Shown here: piece after piece, positions 26,016 to 39,559 of the stretch | Layout: each line of letters begins with the position of its first letter | How positions within the stretch are numbered: position 1 is the stretch's first letter | Source of the DNA: Octopus sinensis | Lineage: Eukaryota | Length of the DNA stretch: 64,000 nucleotides | Direction of reading: 5' to 3' | NCBI RefSeq assembly: GCF_006345805.1 | Contig: NC_042999.1 | Coordinates: 72,292,001 to 72,356,000, forward strand | Translations under genes and position numbers: made by a program | Notes under the pieces: model-generated | The model's database searches: none | Told to the model about the DNA's origin: nothing | What the model saw: the letters and a program-made list of their open reading frames with translations, nothing else

Positions 26016-26582
26016 TGTTCTATTTCTTTCTTGCTTCACTTATTACTTTACCTTCTGTTTGAATAGGAGTATTTACCCAAAACGTTACATTTGTGTGTTT
26101 TATCCACTGGTGAATTAGTTTGCATTTCAGGCCTCTTCCATTCTCTTTTTTTTATGCTTTTTTATCTTTTTTCAGTCATGTGTTTCGCTGGTTTGACCAC
26201 ATGCCTTGTTTGTTTGTCTCTTCTTTACTTTATAATCTTATTCGTTTTGTTTTAGCGATTTATGATTAAGTGTACGCGTGCGTGTGGGCGCGCCTGCCTC
26301 CCTGCGTGCATGCGTGTGGATGCGCCTGCGTGCGTGCGCGCGTGTACATATAAAATGCGCGTATACAATATTTGGAGATCAATATGATCCTCAACGAATA
26401 ACTCAAGCTCGCTAATACAAGTGACCTAAGTTGATTACTTGTTTGTCATATATAGGCTATACCTTGTCATGCGGAATTATTTCGGTACTAATGGTTTTTT
26501 ATCCAACACGTGCGCGTGCGTGTGTATGTGTGTGTGTGGTGTGTGGTGTGTGTGTGGTGTGTGTGTGTGTGTGTGTGTGTGT

Positions 26583-26647
<65 letters not shown>

Positions 26648-27240
26648 CTATTTCTTTCTTGCTTCACTTATTACTTTACCTTCTGTTTGAATAGGAGTAT
26701 TTACCCAAAACGTTACATTTGTGTGTTTTATCCACTGGTGAATTAGTTTGCATTTCAGGCCTCTTCCATTCTCTTTTTTTTATGCTTTTTTCTCTTTTTT
26801 CAGTCATGTGTTTCGCTGGTTTGACCACATGCCTTGTTTGTTTGTCTCTTCTTTACTTTATAATCTTATTCGTTTTGTTTTAGCGATTTATGATTAAGTG
26901 TACGCGTGCGTGTGGGCGCGCCTGCCTCCCTGCGTGCATGCGTGTGGATGCGCCTGCGTGCGTGCGCGCGTGTACATATAAAATGCGCGTATACAATATT
27001 TGGAGATCAATATGATCCTCAACGAATAACTCAAGCTCGCTAATACAAGTGACCTAAGTTGATTACTTGTTTGTCATATATAGGCTATACCTTGTCATGC
27101 GGAATTATTTCGGTACTAATGGTTTTTTATCCAACACGTGCGCGTGCGTGTGTATGTGTGTGTGTGGTTGTGTGTGTGTGTGTGTGGTGTGTGTGTGTGT
27201 GTGTGTGTGTGTTTCTGTAGTTGTGTGTGTGTGTCTGTGT
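26016..27240. repeat. Near-identical tandem duplication, period 628 bp, bounded by (GT)n
   Basis: ttctatttctttcttgcttc at 26018 and 26646. Copies differ by only a few bases plus microsatellite length. Confidence 0.92.
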
Positions 27241-27548
27241 GCGCGTAATTTATTGAAATACACAAACTTCTAGCTTTCCTTCTGAACAATTTGTTTCTCA
27301 TTCGCCACGCAGTTACTATAGTGAAAGTGTAACCATCGACATCCTAACGGGATTCATCCTCTGCCACAGCACTTTCATCTTATGATACATATTTGTGTGC
27401 ATACATATATATATATGTCCAAAAACACATACATACATACATACATACATACATACATACATACATACAATCATGCATGCATACATACGTACTTACATAT
27501 ATACACAGAGAGATAGATATGCACATATACATGAATAAGAATGTACAC

Positions 27549-27585
<37 letters not shown>

Positions 27586-27739
27586 AATCCCAAAAACAAA
27601 CGAAGAACAAACACAAAAACAACAACGCGAGTACGTGGTAAATGTAAAGTATTAGAAGACGCTCAAGGAAGGAAAGAAAAATGGATTAACATTTCGAGCA
27701 GAAGTTCTTCTTCAGAAAAATATATGAATTATGCATGAA

Positions 27740-27829
<90 letters not shown>

Positions 27830-27844
27830 ATTATATATATATTT

Positions 27845-28256
27845 CTGGTTCTGGGTTCAGTCCCACTGCGTGGCAACTTGGGCAGGTGTCTTCTACTATA
27901 GCCTCGGGCCGACCAAAGCCTTGTGAGTGGATTTGGTAGACGGAAACTGAAAGAATCCCGTCGTATATATGTATATATGTGTGTGAGTGTGTGTGTGTGC
28001 GTGTGTGTGTGTGTGCGTGTGTGTGTGTGTGTATTTTCGTGTGTCTGTGTTTGTCCACCCCAACATCACTTGACAACCGATGCTGGTGTGTTTACGTCCC
28101 CATAACTTAGCGGTTCAGCAAAAGAGACCGATAGAATAAGTACTACGCATACAAAGAATAAGTTCTGTGATCAATTTACTCGACTAAAGGCGGTGCTCCA
28201 GCATGGCCGCAGTCGAATGACTGAAACAAGTGAAAGGGTAAAAAGAGTAAAAGAGT
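27845..28256 (+). mobile_element. tRNA-derived SINE (family A)
   Basis: gggttcagtcccactgcgtggcaacttgggcagg head to ggccgcagtcgaatgactgaaacaag tail. Confidence 0.88.
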
Positions 28257-28301
28257 ATGTAAATTATATGTACGTAAATTATATATAAATTATATGTAAT
28301 T

Positions 28302-28341
<40 letters not shown>

Positions 28342-28499
28342 TATTTATATATGTACAACCGTTAAGACGTCACACCTCTTGTATTATTGTCACATTCAAA
28401 ATCAATTTGTGACACATTAACCAATTTATAGTAATAGAAATACGATACAGCTATCACGATAAAAATGCCGGTAAATGGAGTCGGGACTGCCTTATATAC

Positions 28500-28720
28500 A
28501 AATACATACGATAAATGCTCATGCAGAAAAAAATCAAAATGTCCTTTGATGAATCTCTGTATGAGTACAGATCTTGTATATAAATATACCGTGCACACAA
28601 TGGGCGGGCCCTATGTTTACATTGGGCAGACGGCTGATTCATTTAAGAATCGTTGTTGTAACCATGTTGCCAGCTTTAAAACAATCAATAAGAAACATTC
28701 AACATCCTATGCATACGCAA
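28500..28720 (+). mobile_element. Penelope-like element GIY-YIG endonuclease fragment
   Basis: CSCRKKSKCPLMNLC...LVYKYTV...YVYIGQTADSFKNRCCNHVASFK...HSTS matches the PLE CxC...CPL...VYK...YIG.T...FK.R..NH..SF pattern. Confidence 0.8.
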
Positions 28721-29711
28721 ACTTCCCTCTAAAGTGCACACAACTTTGATAGAGAACGCTCATCTATTTTCACCAGCTGAAAATTGTCCTCAGTAATTAG
28801 CTGTTTTCCATGATTTAAAATATCCTTATCAAGTTAATGCTGGCCTAATTGTTTTAGTATAGCGGAGTTTTCAACGTTAGAAGCATTGGTCTTGATTAAT
28901 CTTCTGCTATCAATATTTAATATACCAGTTCCAACAAGATTGTGTTTAATGTTGAGTGTCTAATTATGAAGTCCTAAAAAAAGCATTTTAATATCTATCA
29001 AATTGACGAAGATGACACGTCAGTATCTCACTGGAAAAAAAAGTCTGGCTTAATGATTGATCAATATTTTGATAATTATATATATATTTGTATGTGGGTG
29101 TGTGGGTGTGTATGTAAGTGTGTAGGTGTGTACGTGTATGTGTGTGTATAAAATTAAAACTAACTTTTTCGTTTAGTTTTCGCTAAATTTCTGCTCATTT
29201 TAAATGATAAAAAGAATGCTGACATAAATACATAAATGGCTCTTAAAATATATTGTGATATATAGTTTAAAGAAATTATAACGTTCAGAATGTGAAGTGT
29301 AAACAGTTTATTATATAATATACACGCGAAATGCAAAATAGCATGAAAACGTCGATAAATGGTACACACACCCATGCACATACATATATACATACAACTG
29401 CGTCATAATCAGCCAAGGATTAAACTCAGAGCAGAATACTATTTTTGAAATTAAAAATATATCTAACCATTCCACGTAGAATGGTTAGATGAATTTAACT
29501 ATTTTACCATGATGACATGGCTGAAATTAATGACAACACTATTGAAGAAAAAAGTACCACAACACCAGTAATCTATTTAGGAAGACTTTAGTACTCTTCC
29601 CATTTTACTTGGACCTCTACATTTAAACCAAGATCTACTTCGATATCATGAAAGGACCCGTGAAGACCTATCCGAATTTGGTTTGAATAATGCTACGTTG
29701 ATAACTAGAAA

Positions 29712-30000
29712 GTGGAGGTGAAATGGCCAGTGGTTAGGGCAGCGGATCGCAGTTTCGATTCCCCGACCGGGCGTTGTGTGTGTTTATTGAGCGAAAACGC
29801 CTAAAAGCTCCACGGGGCTCCGGCAGGGAGTGGTGGCGATCCCTGTTGTACTCTTTCGCCACAACTTTCTCTCAATCTCTCTTCCTGTTTCTTGAGTAAC
29901 GCTGCGATGGACTGGCGTCCGGTCCAGCTGGGAGGAACACATACGCCACAAAAACCTGGAAACTGGGCCCATGAGCCTGGCTAGGCTTGAAAAAGGCGAC
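29712..30000 (+). mobile_element. tRNA-derived SINE (family C variant)
   Basis: tggccagtggttagggcagcgg A-box and gtttcgattccc B-box. Body shared with 16010-16395. Confidence 0.8.
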
Positions 30001-30299
30001 AAAAAGGAGAAGAAAGAAGATAACTAAAAAGCGGTTCTGTTATTTATAATTAAAGAAATAAAGCAGTTAGTTATTTAGGCTGGAGGGGTCGGCATGGATG
30101 TTCAAGAATAAGTTTAAACTGTCCTCTAAGCCTGCAAGTCTGATGTTGGCGCGATATGTATGATTTTTCTCTGAGTTTCATTTAAGTTCTTTTTAAAATA
30201 GTTTAAGCCGGTCACTAATAAAGCAACAAGACTTTTAAGTTATGAGAGTTCCCGGTGTTTGTAAATATGTGGTTGAGTTGGGGTACTGGTTGAACTGCT

Positions 30300-30780
30300 G
30301 ATATATGCACCCAAGTATAAGAATCTCAGATGGAAAACTGTTGCAATCTTACAAATTTTCTCTGTACCACCCATACATTAGTTTTAGAGAATCCTAGTCA
30401 CTTTCTTTTGCTCTTTCTTCATGAAACCGAGTATTTCTGGGTTTTTGTGCAAATTTATTCGTACAAAGCCTAATGCACCAATGGTGACAAGTACAATTGA
30501 GAATTCATAGTCAGGGTACAAGAGCTGTAAGTTCCGCATTAATTCATCATAAATGTTCACTTTTTCCTGGACTTTTGATTGTACACTTTACAACAGTGCA
30601 TGGCTTTTGTTTTCTGTCCCACAAATCATTATCAGATCCGTTATTTTTGTACCGCATTTATATTTTTATTGGAGTGATCCACCACTATTCCTTCATTTTA
30701 AAGTTGTGGATACTTGCTGGTTCTGACATGCGTTGATGTATACGTCAGGGCAGTCCTCCCTACGGATAGCATTGTAAATA
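30300..30780 (-). mobile_element. Dong/R4-clade LINE C-terminal (RLE) fragment
   Basis: Translated EKVNIYDELMRNLQLLYPDYEFSIVLVTIGALGF...GTEKICK, same region as 44.8-45.0 kb. Confidence 0.75.
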
Positions 30781-33780
30781 GATTTTAAAACTATAGCAAC
30801 CTCAGGGGCAGGTAGTATTTATGTATGTATGTATGTATGTGTGTATGTATGTATTTATGTATGTAATGTTCCCTTCTGTTTTTAATTATTTGAAATCTCT
30901 ATCTGAGGAAGGAACTGGTTTCTAATGTAGATATAAAGCTACATCGTTGGAATATAGATAACAAATTCACATTTTAAACATGAGAAAGGTCTTGCATATT
31001 TTTACAATTCATTTTACAAATTATTATTGACATAAATGTGATTTTATATTATCAGCAGGACGGCTGACCTAATGATAGCACATAGTTTAACCGTGTATAT
31101 TCCAAATAACAATATTCGTGATGTTTACACTTGACTGACGTTTATAAATTTTAGAAGGTTTTCCTCGGGATTTTTCTTATTCATAAATGTCTATATAATT
31201 GGCTGTATTTTGTATTCAATATACCACCGTTCTTTCTTATTATCTGTACCTTACAGTCATTTTTTGCTTTTAAATTTTCTATATAAATGTTCTATTCTAG
31301 TCATGAAGTGATTCACAGCGTCTCTCTTTTCTATATGTAAAAGGCTGTGTATTTTGTTAGAGAAGACTTCGCTTTCACCTGCTCTTTCGTGGGTTATCTT
31401 TTTTTTGGTATCACGTCATTAATTTATCTATATGTTTCTTTTCAAAACTAAGGAATTACTTTGCGATCAGGTACCTGCCAATATAGCAAAGTCTGCAGGA
31501 AAGAATAGTCCGTTAGCATGATTGCCATTCAGTTTAAAACATAAGTTACTTCCATATAGCAAATACAGCCCCAATGTATTTTGTATTATAATGACTCTGC
31601 TTTCCGAGATACTGTTGTCTTGCGCCTCGTCTTAAAACTGGAATTGATAATTCCAAACCAAATTATCTGCTTGAATAGCTTGCGTAAAACGATTAGAAGC
31701 ATCTAAAATTCAAGGTTTTGCTTTGATAATAAAGTACATAATTATATACACAATGAAGCCTACGGAAAATATATTTTGATCAATTAAAATATTATCGGTT
31801 ATGAGAAGGAAAATCATTACCTTTAATGAAAATTTTAAAATTTCATAGAAAGAGTTACATTGCCAGCTGCAGTTTCGACATTTATTATTCATTATATGGT
31901 TTAATATGGAATATATAGCTTTATGCCAAACACATTTCAGTATTTGATTTATAACATGCAAGAGAACTAAACGTCTTTATTGACTTTAAATACTGATGCG
32001 ATAGTATTTCTAAATCCAAATCGGGACCATGTTTCCCTTGCTCTTCCGATTCATGTGATTGTGATAAATTGGTTGTGTAGTTAAGAAGTTTGCTTCGCAA
32101 CTATAGGTTTCAGAGTTAGTCCTATTGTGTGGCATCTTGAAGAAGTGTTTTCTACTCTATCTCCGAGTCGACTAATGTTTAATGAGTGAATTTGGTAAGC
32201 GGAAACCTTTGGTGTGTATGCGTTTGCGTATCTTTGCGTCTGCTTCACACCCAACACTCCACAACCTTTGGTTAACTATTCGACGAAAGATATAAATAAA
32301 ATTGTTCCAGACTTTCAAAAAAATAATTACTGCGCTCGATTCGGTCGACTAAACTCTACAAAGCGGTACCTTAGCATGGCCGCAGCCAGATTATCGATAC
32401 ATGTAAAAGAGTGTAAGTAAAATAAGAAAAACCCAGAGGTCGTGGTTTCAATCCGGTACTTCTCTTAACAATAGCTTTGTCTCTAAACAAGGAAACAATC
32501 TCGGTCACATTACTGCCTGCTGCTATTCTATACAGTTGAACACATTCTTGTGTTACACTTCTGCTTCCCTTTCAAGTCACACTTTAAATATATGCCCCCC
32601 CCCCCCCACAGCATACAAGTGGTTTGCATAAACTGAAATGCACAAACTATACACGATGTCAAATAGACAGATATATCTCATTTTCCCCTGCATTTTTCCA
32701 TAACAGAAAAACAAATATTTTATACATTCTATACTGATTGTCTGAAGTTCCCAGCATTCCGAATAGAAGTTTACGTACAGTAAAATGTAAATATGAAGAA
32801 CAAGAAACAGAATGAAAAAATATTTTCCGGTTGATATATACATTTTTTTCTCTGAATCTATTTGTTTGCTCGGAGTGTTTGGTTTTGAGGGATTTTTTTT
32901 TTAGAATATCTATGTACTTATTAGTGCTTTTACGTGTGTGTATGTGTGTGTGTGTGTGTGTGTTTGCACTCACATATGTATACCATACTGGAACGAACAT
33001 GTACATACACATAGTCATACAAACAACGCAGTTGTGTCAGCATGTATACATTATATATATATATATATATATATTGTGTATATGTATATACACATACATA
33101 CATAGTCATATATATACATACAAAGTCATATATATATGTGTGTGTGTGTGTGTGTATTTTACAGTGTATGTGCATTATAATATATGCATACACACACGCA
33201 CACAGATACATATATACTCATGTATAAGCGCGTACGTATGTGTGTTTGAGTGTGTGTGTATGTGAGATGTATGTATGAATGCGTGGAAATCATTCAGTCT
33301 AATGGCTTTGATATATTATCACGAACATTTCTGTGTTCGCTGTTTACATTTTGTTTATTTATGTCATTCAGGTTATATATCGTTGCATATATATATGTTA
33401 TTGTAAAGTGAAAATAGCGTTAGAATATTTTGGAAACATGTCATTGAATATGACACAAATGATTAGTTCAAGTGAACGCCGGCGTAGTAGATTCAATTGA
33501 ATAAGTTCAGGCGATTTTCAGAGCTAAAATACAAAAGTATAAATAAATATTCATATATTCACACACCTTTGGGTTAGCATCAGTTGTTTATGCTTTCAAA
33601 TCGGAAGTAACTTCTAGTGGATAATCATTTCAGCTGGTGTTCAGATGATAGAGCAACGAGTCTGTATTGTTGGTGATTTTGGTTTTCCAAACAAGAGCAC
33701 TAGTGCAATAAGTAAAGTAGTTACAACCTGGATTGAACGTAGGTTACAGTACTGGTCCCGCAGAAATTAACACAACTCAC

Positions 33781-33913
33781 CTCCAATTACTTGTTTTATG
33801 CCATAAATAGAGTAAGCTGATGGATATTTCTTATTCAGTAGTACTAATAGCTGGTCAGCTATAATGGATTTTTCTCGGGGCATACTAATTGCCGAAAGTT
33901 GGACAGATTTATA
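33781..33913 (-). CDS. Candidate internal coding exon (YKSVQLSAISMPREKSIIADQLLVLLNKKYPSAYSIYGIKQVIG), product unknown
   Basis: cattctattctccatag acceptor and GAG|gtgagt donor. 133 nt, open frame throughout, not part of a recognisable repeat. Confidence 0.4.
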
Positions 33914-34784
33914 CTATGGAGAATAGAATGACTCTTCCACAAAAACTAAGATGCCTTTCTACTGAAGACTCGGTGAATGTAGTTAGTCGAATATAATAGT
34001 TACTCTTAAGTTGTGCAAAACCATGTGTTCAGCATTAACTATTCCCGGGTTTAGAATGAGTTGCAGCTTAGGCAATCGAAAGACTGTAAAAGGAATTTTT
34101 TTTTACTTTCCTCGTGAAATTTTCTTTAAAAAATTTCCATAAATCTTATATAGATCATAAGTTTAGATTCAGATTTATATATATCAAGAACAGTATTTTG
34201 GCAACTATTAGCAGTCTTTTATTTCATGTTCAAATTCGTAATAATTTGGTGACTATATTATTGCACCACAGTAGCGAGCTGGCAGAATTGTTACCATGTC
34301 GGACAAAATGTTTAACGACATTTATTCTGGCTATACGTTCTGAGTTCAAATAAGTGCCATTTGAGCACCGGGGTCGATGTAATCAACTTACTCCTTTCGA
34401 AATTGCTAGTCTCATGCCAAAAAGTAGAAAGAATTATTTCACTATACTAAAGCAGCAAGCTGGGCTAATCATATTAACACGCTGCACAAAATGTTTAGTG
34501 GAATTTCTTCCAGCTTTATTGTCTAAGTTCAAATTCCGCCTTTTATCTTTTCGCAGTCGATAAAATAAGTACCTGTTGAACATTTGAGTCGAATGACCTT
34601 TTCCTCTTGTAAAATTGAAATGTGAAACCGTTCTTTCATCACATACAATATATAAGATGTAGAGTCTCAAAGCTTAAGTGAAACATATACTTCAATATCA
34701 TTGAATATTTAGTATGTAGAGCAAACCTGACTGTGGGGATTTTCAGATCAGATCACTAAAATAATAATAATCCTTTACACTAAA

Positions 34785-35215
34785 TGCACAAAGTCTGACA
34801 TTTGGGGGAGAAGACTAGTTGATTACATCGACTCCAGTGTTTCACTGGTATTTAATTTATCAACCCTGAAGAGATGAAAGGCTAAGTCGACCTCGGCGGA
34901 ATTGGAACTCAGAACGTAAAGAAGGACGAAATGCCGCTAATCATTTTACCCGGCGCGGTAACGATTCGACTAGCTCACTGCCTTAATAATAATAATAATA
35001 ATCCAATTCTATAATAGGAACAAGGCATGAAATTTTGGAGGAGGGGCCAGTCGATTAGATCGACCCCAGTACGCAACTGGTACTTAATTTATCGACCCCG
35101 AAAGGATGAAAGCAAAGTCGACCTCGGCGAAATTTGAACTCAGAACGTAGCGGCAGACGAAATACTGCTAAGCATTTTGCCCGGCGTGCTAACGTTTCTG
35201 CCAGCTCGCCGCCTT
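34785..35215 (-). mobile_element. Two adjacent tRNA-derived SINEs (family B) separated by (AAT)n
   Basis: gtcgacctcggcggaattggaactcagaacgt and gtcgacctcggcgaaatttgaactcagaacgt blocks. Degenerate plus-strand copies at 34270-34620. Confidence 0.85.
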
Positions 35216-37039
35216 CAATAACAACAATAATAATAATAATATCTAAATATATAATGGCGTGATGGTTTCGGCTGGAAAATTTGGTATCATATATGTTCGG
35301 CCATTATAGATCGGGACTAAAACAACAATTAACTATAAATATTCACCAATATAGTTGTAGTACGATAAAAGAAATATGGTGATTTGTATTTATCTGCGAT
35401 CAAGGGAATTGGAATTTGGTTGAAAAAATAAAACTTCCTGGGTTATAGATATATGACAATTACCAAGTAGGATTCGATCCGTCGACTCTCCAATTGATAG
35501 TTTTGTATCGTGTCGATTAGATTAAGTTATGGCTTTATTACAGAATAACAGTTTTCGGAATCTTTCATTACGAAGTGCACAAACACGTTTTACAACCCAA
35601 CATGCCAGCCACTATATGGCCGTTCAAATTGTTAGAAAGAGCAATCACATTTCCTTTGAACTACACTGTACTGTAGGACACGCGGAATAATTTAGTCTGG
35701 AATATACTATTTCATAAAAGGGATGGTCACTTTAGAATTCTTTGATCATTCGATAAGGACTGACATGGAGCAACAACCATAAAACATGTTTGAACGACAT
35801 TAATTGGAAAGTCTAATTCATTTTAGTACTAGGCTATAAATGAATGGTTATGAGCTGATGCATAGTAAGGAACTGGTTGTGATTTGTGAGTTTGTTAATT
35901 ATTAAACAGCGTAACATGTCCAATTAGAAGTATTACACCATCAACGAATTAAATCAGCCATCCAGCAATATGAATGGCTCTATCGAAAGGCCTGTATGAA
36001 ATTTCACTAATTAAGCTTTGGTCGATAAGACAAATTTGTTGAAGGTCACACGCAGCAGAATCGAAACCAAAACTAAGAATTTAAAAAGTTAACTTAATCA
36101 TACATTCACGCCGGCATCCATTTACATTTAAGGCAGGCTATCTGCCCTGGCCGCTAATGCAGCGAAAATCCTTGGTTGTTAAAGCTTTCTGAAACACCGT
36201 TATAAGAAATGTTTTCAAATATTTTATAGACTTAAAAGTATTTAATTTAATAACTCACTATCCTGATTTCAAATCCCACTAGAATTCACGCTAATGTTTC
36301 CTCCCAATCAATAAAATGTATATACTGAATACATTAATTATACATCCCACACATAATTTTCTTTCTGGAATGCAAATAGAGAAAATTTATGTGAAGAAAT
36401 TCGACAGAATTACACAAAAAAACATAAATAAAACGTTAATTCCACAAAATTATTCAAACGTAAAAAATGTTTATGAAAGACTCTAGTATTGATTATTGGT
36501 TCTAGTATAGGAGGCCATAAAATGGTAGGGACGTGTACTGGATTAAATTGACAACAATGTATTACTGGTATTTATATCGGTTTTAAAGTGATGAAAGGAA
36601 AGTTTTTCAAGCTGGCAGTTGAAACTTTCAATACCAAGAGGTGTTATTAATACTTAACGTATTTAGTTCAGCACGCCACCAACTCTTCTCTACACTGTGC
36701 TTGATGGCTTTTACTATATATTAACTTCAGGCGACAGGCGATGTCTCAGAAGGTATAAAACTGTAGTAAATGATTTGTGCTATTTAGTTTTATAGTTTTT
36801 GCATTTGAGTTAATATTTAGCTGTGGTTGAAATGATCTTACATTTTTTTCTGCGTCGAAGTGAGTTTACGTGATTTTTTAAGTTCATAAAATCAATTTAT
36901 TGTTTCTGATAATTTGTATGGATTAATAAAAATTATCTCACTTTATGTTCCAACAATCGCATGAAATATTGGTAAATTGCTTTTCCGTTGAGTGGGGATA
37001 AAATATGTTGTCTGAATACCGTTGACAATGTCTCAACCG

Positions 37040-37345
37040 GTGATATGCTCATGGTTAAAACTCCGTGTACAAAATTATACAAAGGCAAAACATACCGCCC
37101 TCTCAAAATAAGAGTAGTCGAACATCAGAAAGCTGTGACACGAGAAGATATTGATAAATCGGGTATGGAAAAATGGAGACCACCTCCCCCTGTGGGATGA
37201 AGTTAAAATAATAGACAGAGAAAACCACTAGAAAATACAAAAACTAAAAGAAGCAGCACATATGCTAGGACACAACCTCCTAAGCAGACAGAGTGCAGAT
37301 ATAAGCTGTATATGGCAACAGGTATTAAGGAACTATAGAAAAATA
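37040..37345 (+). mobile_element. Penelope-like element GIY-YIG C-terminal remnant
   Basis: PCTKLYKGKTYRPLKIRVVEHQKAVTREDIDKSGM, then after a frameshift LWDEVKIIDRENH*KIQKLKEAAHML. Confidence 0.8.
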
Positions 37346-37386
37346 TTAGATTTATAAGCCCTAAAATTCACTTCATAATTTCCCAC

Positions 37387-37459
37387 GGGCATATGGCATA
37401 GTGGTTAAGAGCATGGGCTACTAACCCCAAGATTCCGAGTTCGATTCCAAGCAGTGACC
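37387..37459 (+). promoter_or_regulatory. tRNA-like Pol III head (A and B boxes)
   Basis: TGGCATAGTGG A-box, GAGTTCGATTCC B-box and a ggg-CTACTAA-ccc anticodon-like arm. Acceptor stem is poor, so not a functional tRNA. Confidence 0.75.
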
Positions 37460-37508
37460 TGAATGATAATACTTTAGGAATGAGAACCCAGGTTCGAAAT
37501 TTACCCAA

Positions 37509-37559
37509 GACACCTGAAGAAGGCTGAAGGGTATGGTATATCAGCCGAAACGTTGTGTT
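37509..37559 (+). ncRNA. Minimal type I hammerhead ribozyme (PLE-type)
   Basis: Stem I gacac/gtgtt, CTGAAGA plus one extra A, stem II ggctga/tcagcc, GAAA, palindromic stem III ACGT, triplet GUU. Confidence 0.72.
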
Positions 37560-39071
37560 AACAAACAAGATGATGACACATATCCGTTGAATGTAAATAA
37601 TGCACAAGGCCACGTGTGTATAATAGAATATAACGCAACAGGTTTACTAGCAGAAAAAAAGCCATAGAAAGGTATACATATTAATATTGAAAAACAAAAA
37701 ATATATATCACAAGAGGCTTGAAGCTCATTATGTTTGAAAAAGATACAATATTTTAGTAAAAATGTACATACAGGCACAGAAGAAAGCAAAAAGAACTTA
37801 ACAAAGAAAAGTAACGATCACAGACCGGACCGGCCGGTGTATTCACAAGAGTTCTCTTACTCAAAAGCTAGCCCAGGTAGGAGAAACAATCAAAAAAGAA
37901 GAGGAACAAAAAACGAATATATGAAGGAGAAAATTATTATAAATTTACAAGTGAAGAAAAAACGTATACACTTGACACATAAGGATAAACAGTCATACAT
38001 AGATACACTTACAGCTGAGTGGACGGGAACAACGTAAAAGGGTGTGTTTTCTCAAGAAAAGGACGTGCCACCGTTTTAGGAATCGAAACTACGATTGAAA
38101 CATCATCGATGCAAAACTCTAACCACAAGTCCACGCTGCTTTGCAAACACACACATACAAACATATATGTGTGTGTGTGTGTGTGTGTGTGTCTGTGTGT
38201 CTATGTGTGTGTGAGAGAGAGTGAGTGTGCAGTTATTTTTCAGCCATGTAACGTCACACGTACTTTTCTCGAACTATTCTTTTCCTTCTCTCCAGAGTTA
38301 TTCTTCTTTCCTCTTTCTGACGAAGAGCAAGCTCGAAACATCAAACCCCCTTTTTCCTTTCATCTTAAACTTTCTCTGAGCATCAATGTAATACATTCAC
38401 TGTATATGTCCTTCTCACTTTTGCCTCTTTTATTTTATTTTGGATTTGCTACATATATATATATATATATTATATATATATATATAAGGAGAGAGAGATG
38501 CATATATATATACATATATATACATATATATATATATATAATCTTTTAATTCAGTCCATTTCTCTCCATAATACCAGCTAGGCTAAGAGTATTTATTTAT
38601 TCATTTATCATTTTCATTTTTTTTTTCCTTTTATCTTTATAAAATTTTTCGATCGGCAAAAGATACATCCAAAACATTGTTATAGCAACTGAGAGGTGAC
38701 AAATGCTTTAAAATGTCAGCATGTGCTTAAGTAAAAGAATAATATGACCTGCAAATGTATTTTAGCAAAGCTGCCAAAAGAGATGTCGTTGGTCTCTGGT
38801 ATGTGTTAAAATGTTGCTTGTTGGCTTTCATTGTTATGTAAAAATTACTAATGGTCTCTGTAGTAGTGTGAAATGATTGCGAATGACACTTAGAGGCATT
38901 TATTTTCCTTCTCCGTTCAACAGAAAATGCATTAAAGATATTCAATTTTGCGTTTTCAGTACCTGCTGCCATTGGTGCATTTCTTACAAACGTTCACATA
39001 CATACATACATACATACACTTATATGTGTCAGTATGTGTACATAAATATATATGTGTGTGTGTGTGTGTGC

Positions 39072-39176
<105 letters not shown>

Positions 39177-39559
39177 ATATACACGTATGCATATTTACAT
39201 GTATATGTGGGGGGATCAATACAAAAACCTATATACTTAAATATATGTATATGTATGTGCTTATGTATGTATTTGCATACAAACAAATATTCATAGTATG
39301 TGTGTATGAGTGTCCGTGTCCGTGTGTGTGTCCGTGTCCGTGTCCACGTGTGTGTGTGTGTGTGTGTGTGTGTGCACGCGCGTGTGTGTGGGGGTGTACG
39401 CATATGTATGTAAACTATAGTTTTGTGTCGTAAATGAACGACAACAAACATTAACTGATGAAAGGATTCTGCACTCCATATAATCTAAGATCAATGAGAA
39501 TCATCTTTCGTAAGAACTTTAAAATTCTCTCTTCACCTTTTCCCAATGTTTTCATTGTT

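Noticed and set aside
33640-33770. Plus-strand peptide VCIVGDFGFP resembling a kinase DFG or LINE endonuclease GDFN motif
   Set aside because: Single short motif with no other subdomain nearby. Chance is likely.
16310-37459. tRNA genes at SINE heads
   Set aside because: A/B boxes are present, but there is no complete cloverleaf or terminator. They continue into repeat bodies.
39455-39520. CTGATGA followed by a hairpin
   Set aside because: GTAA instead of GAAA, and no convincing stems I and III.
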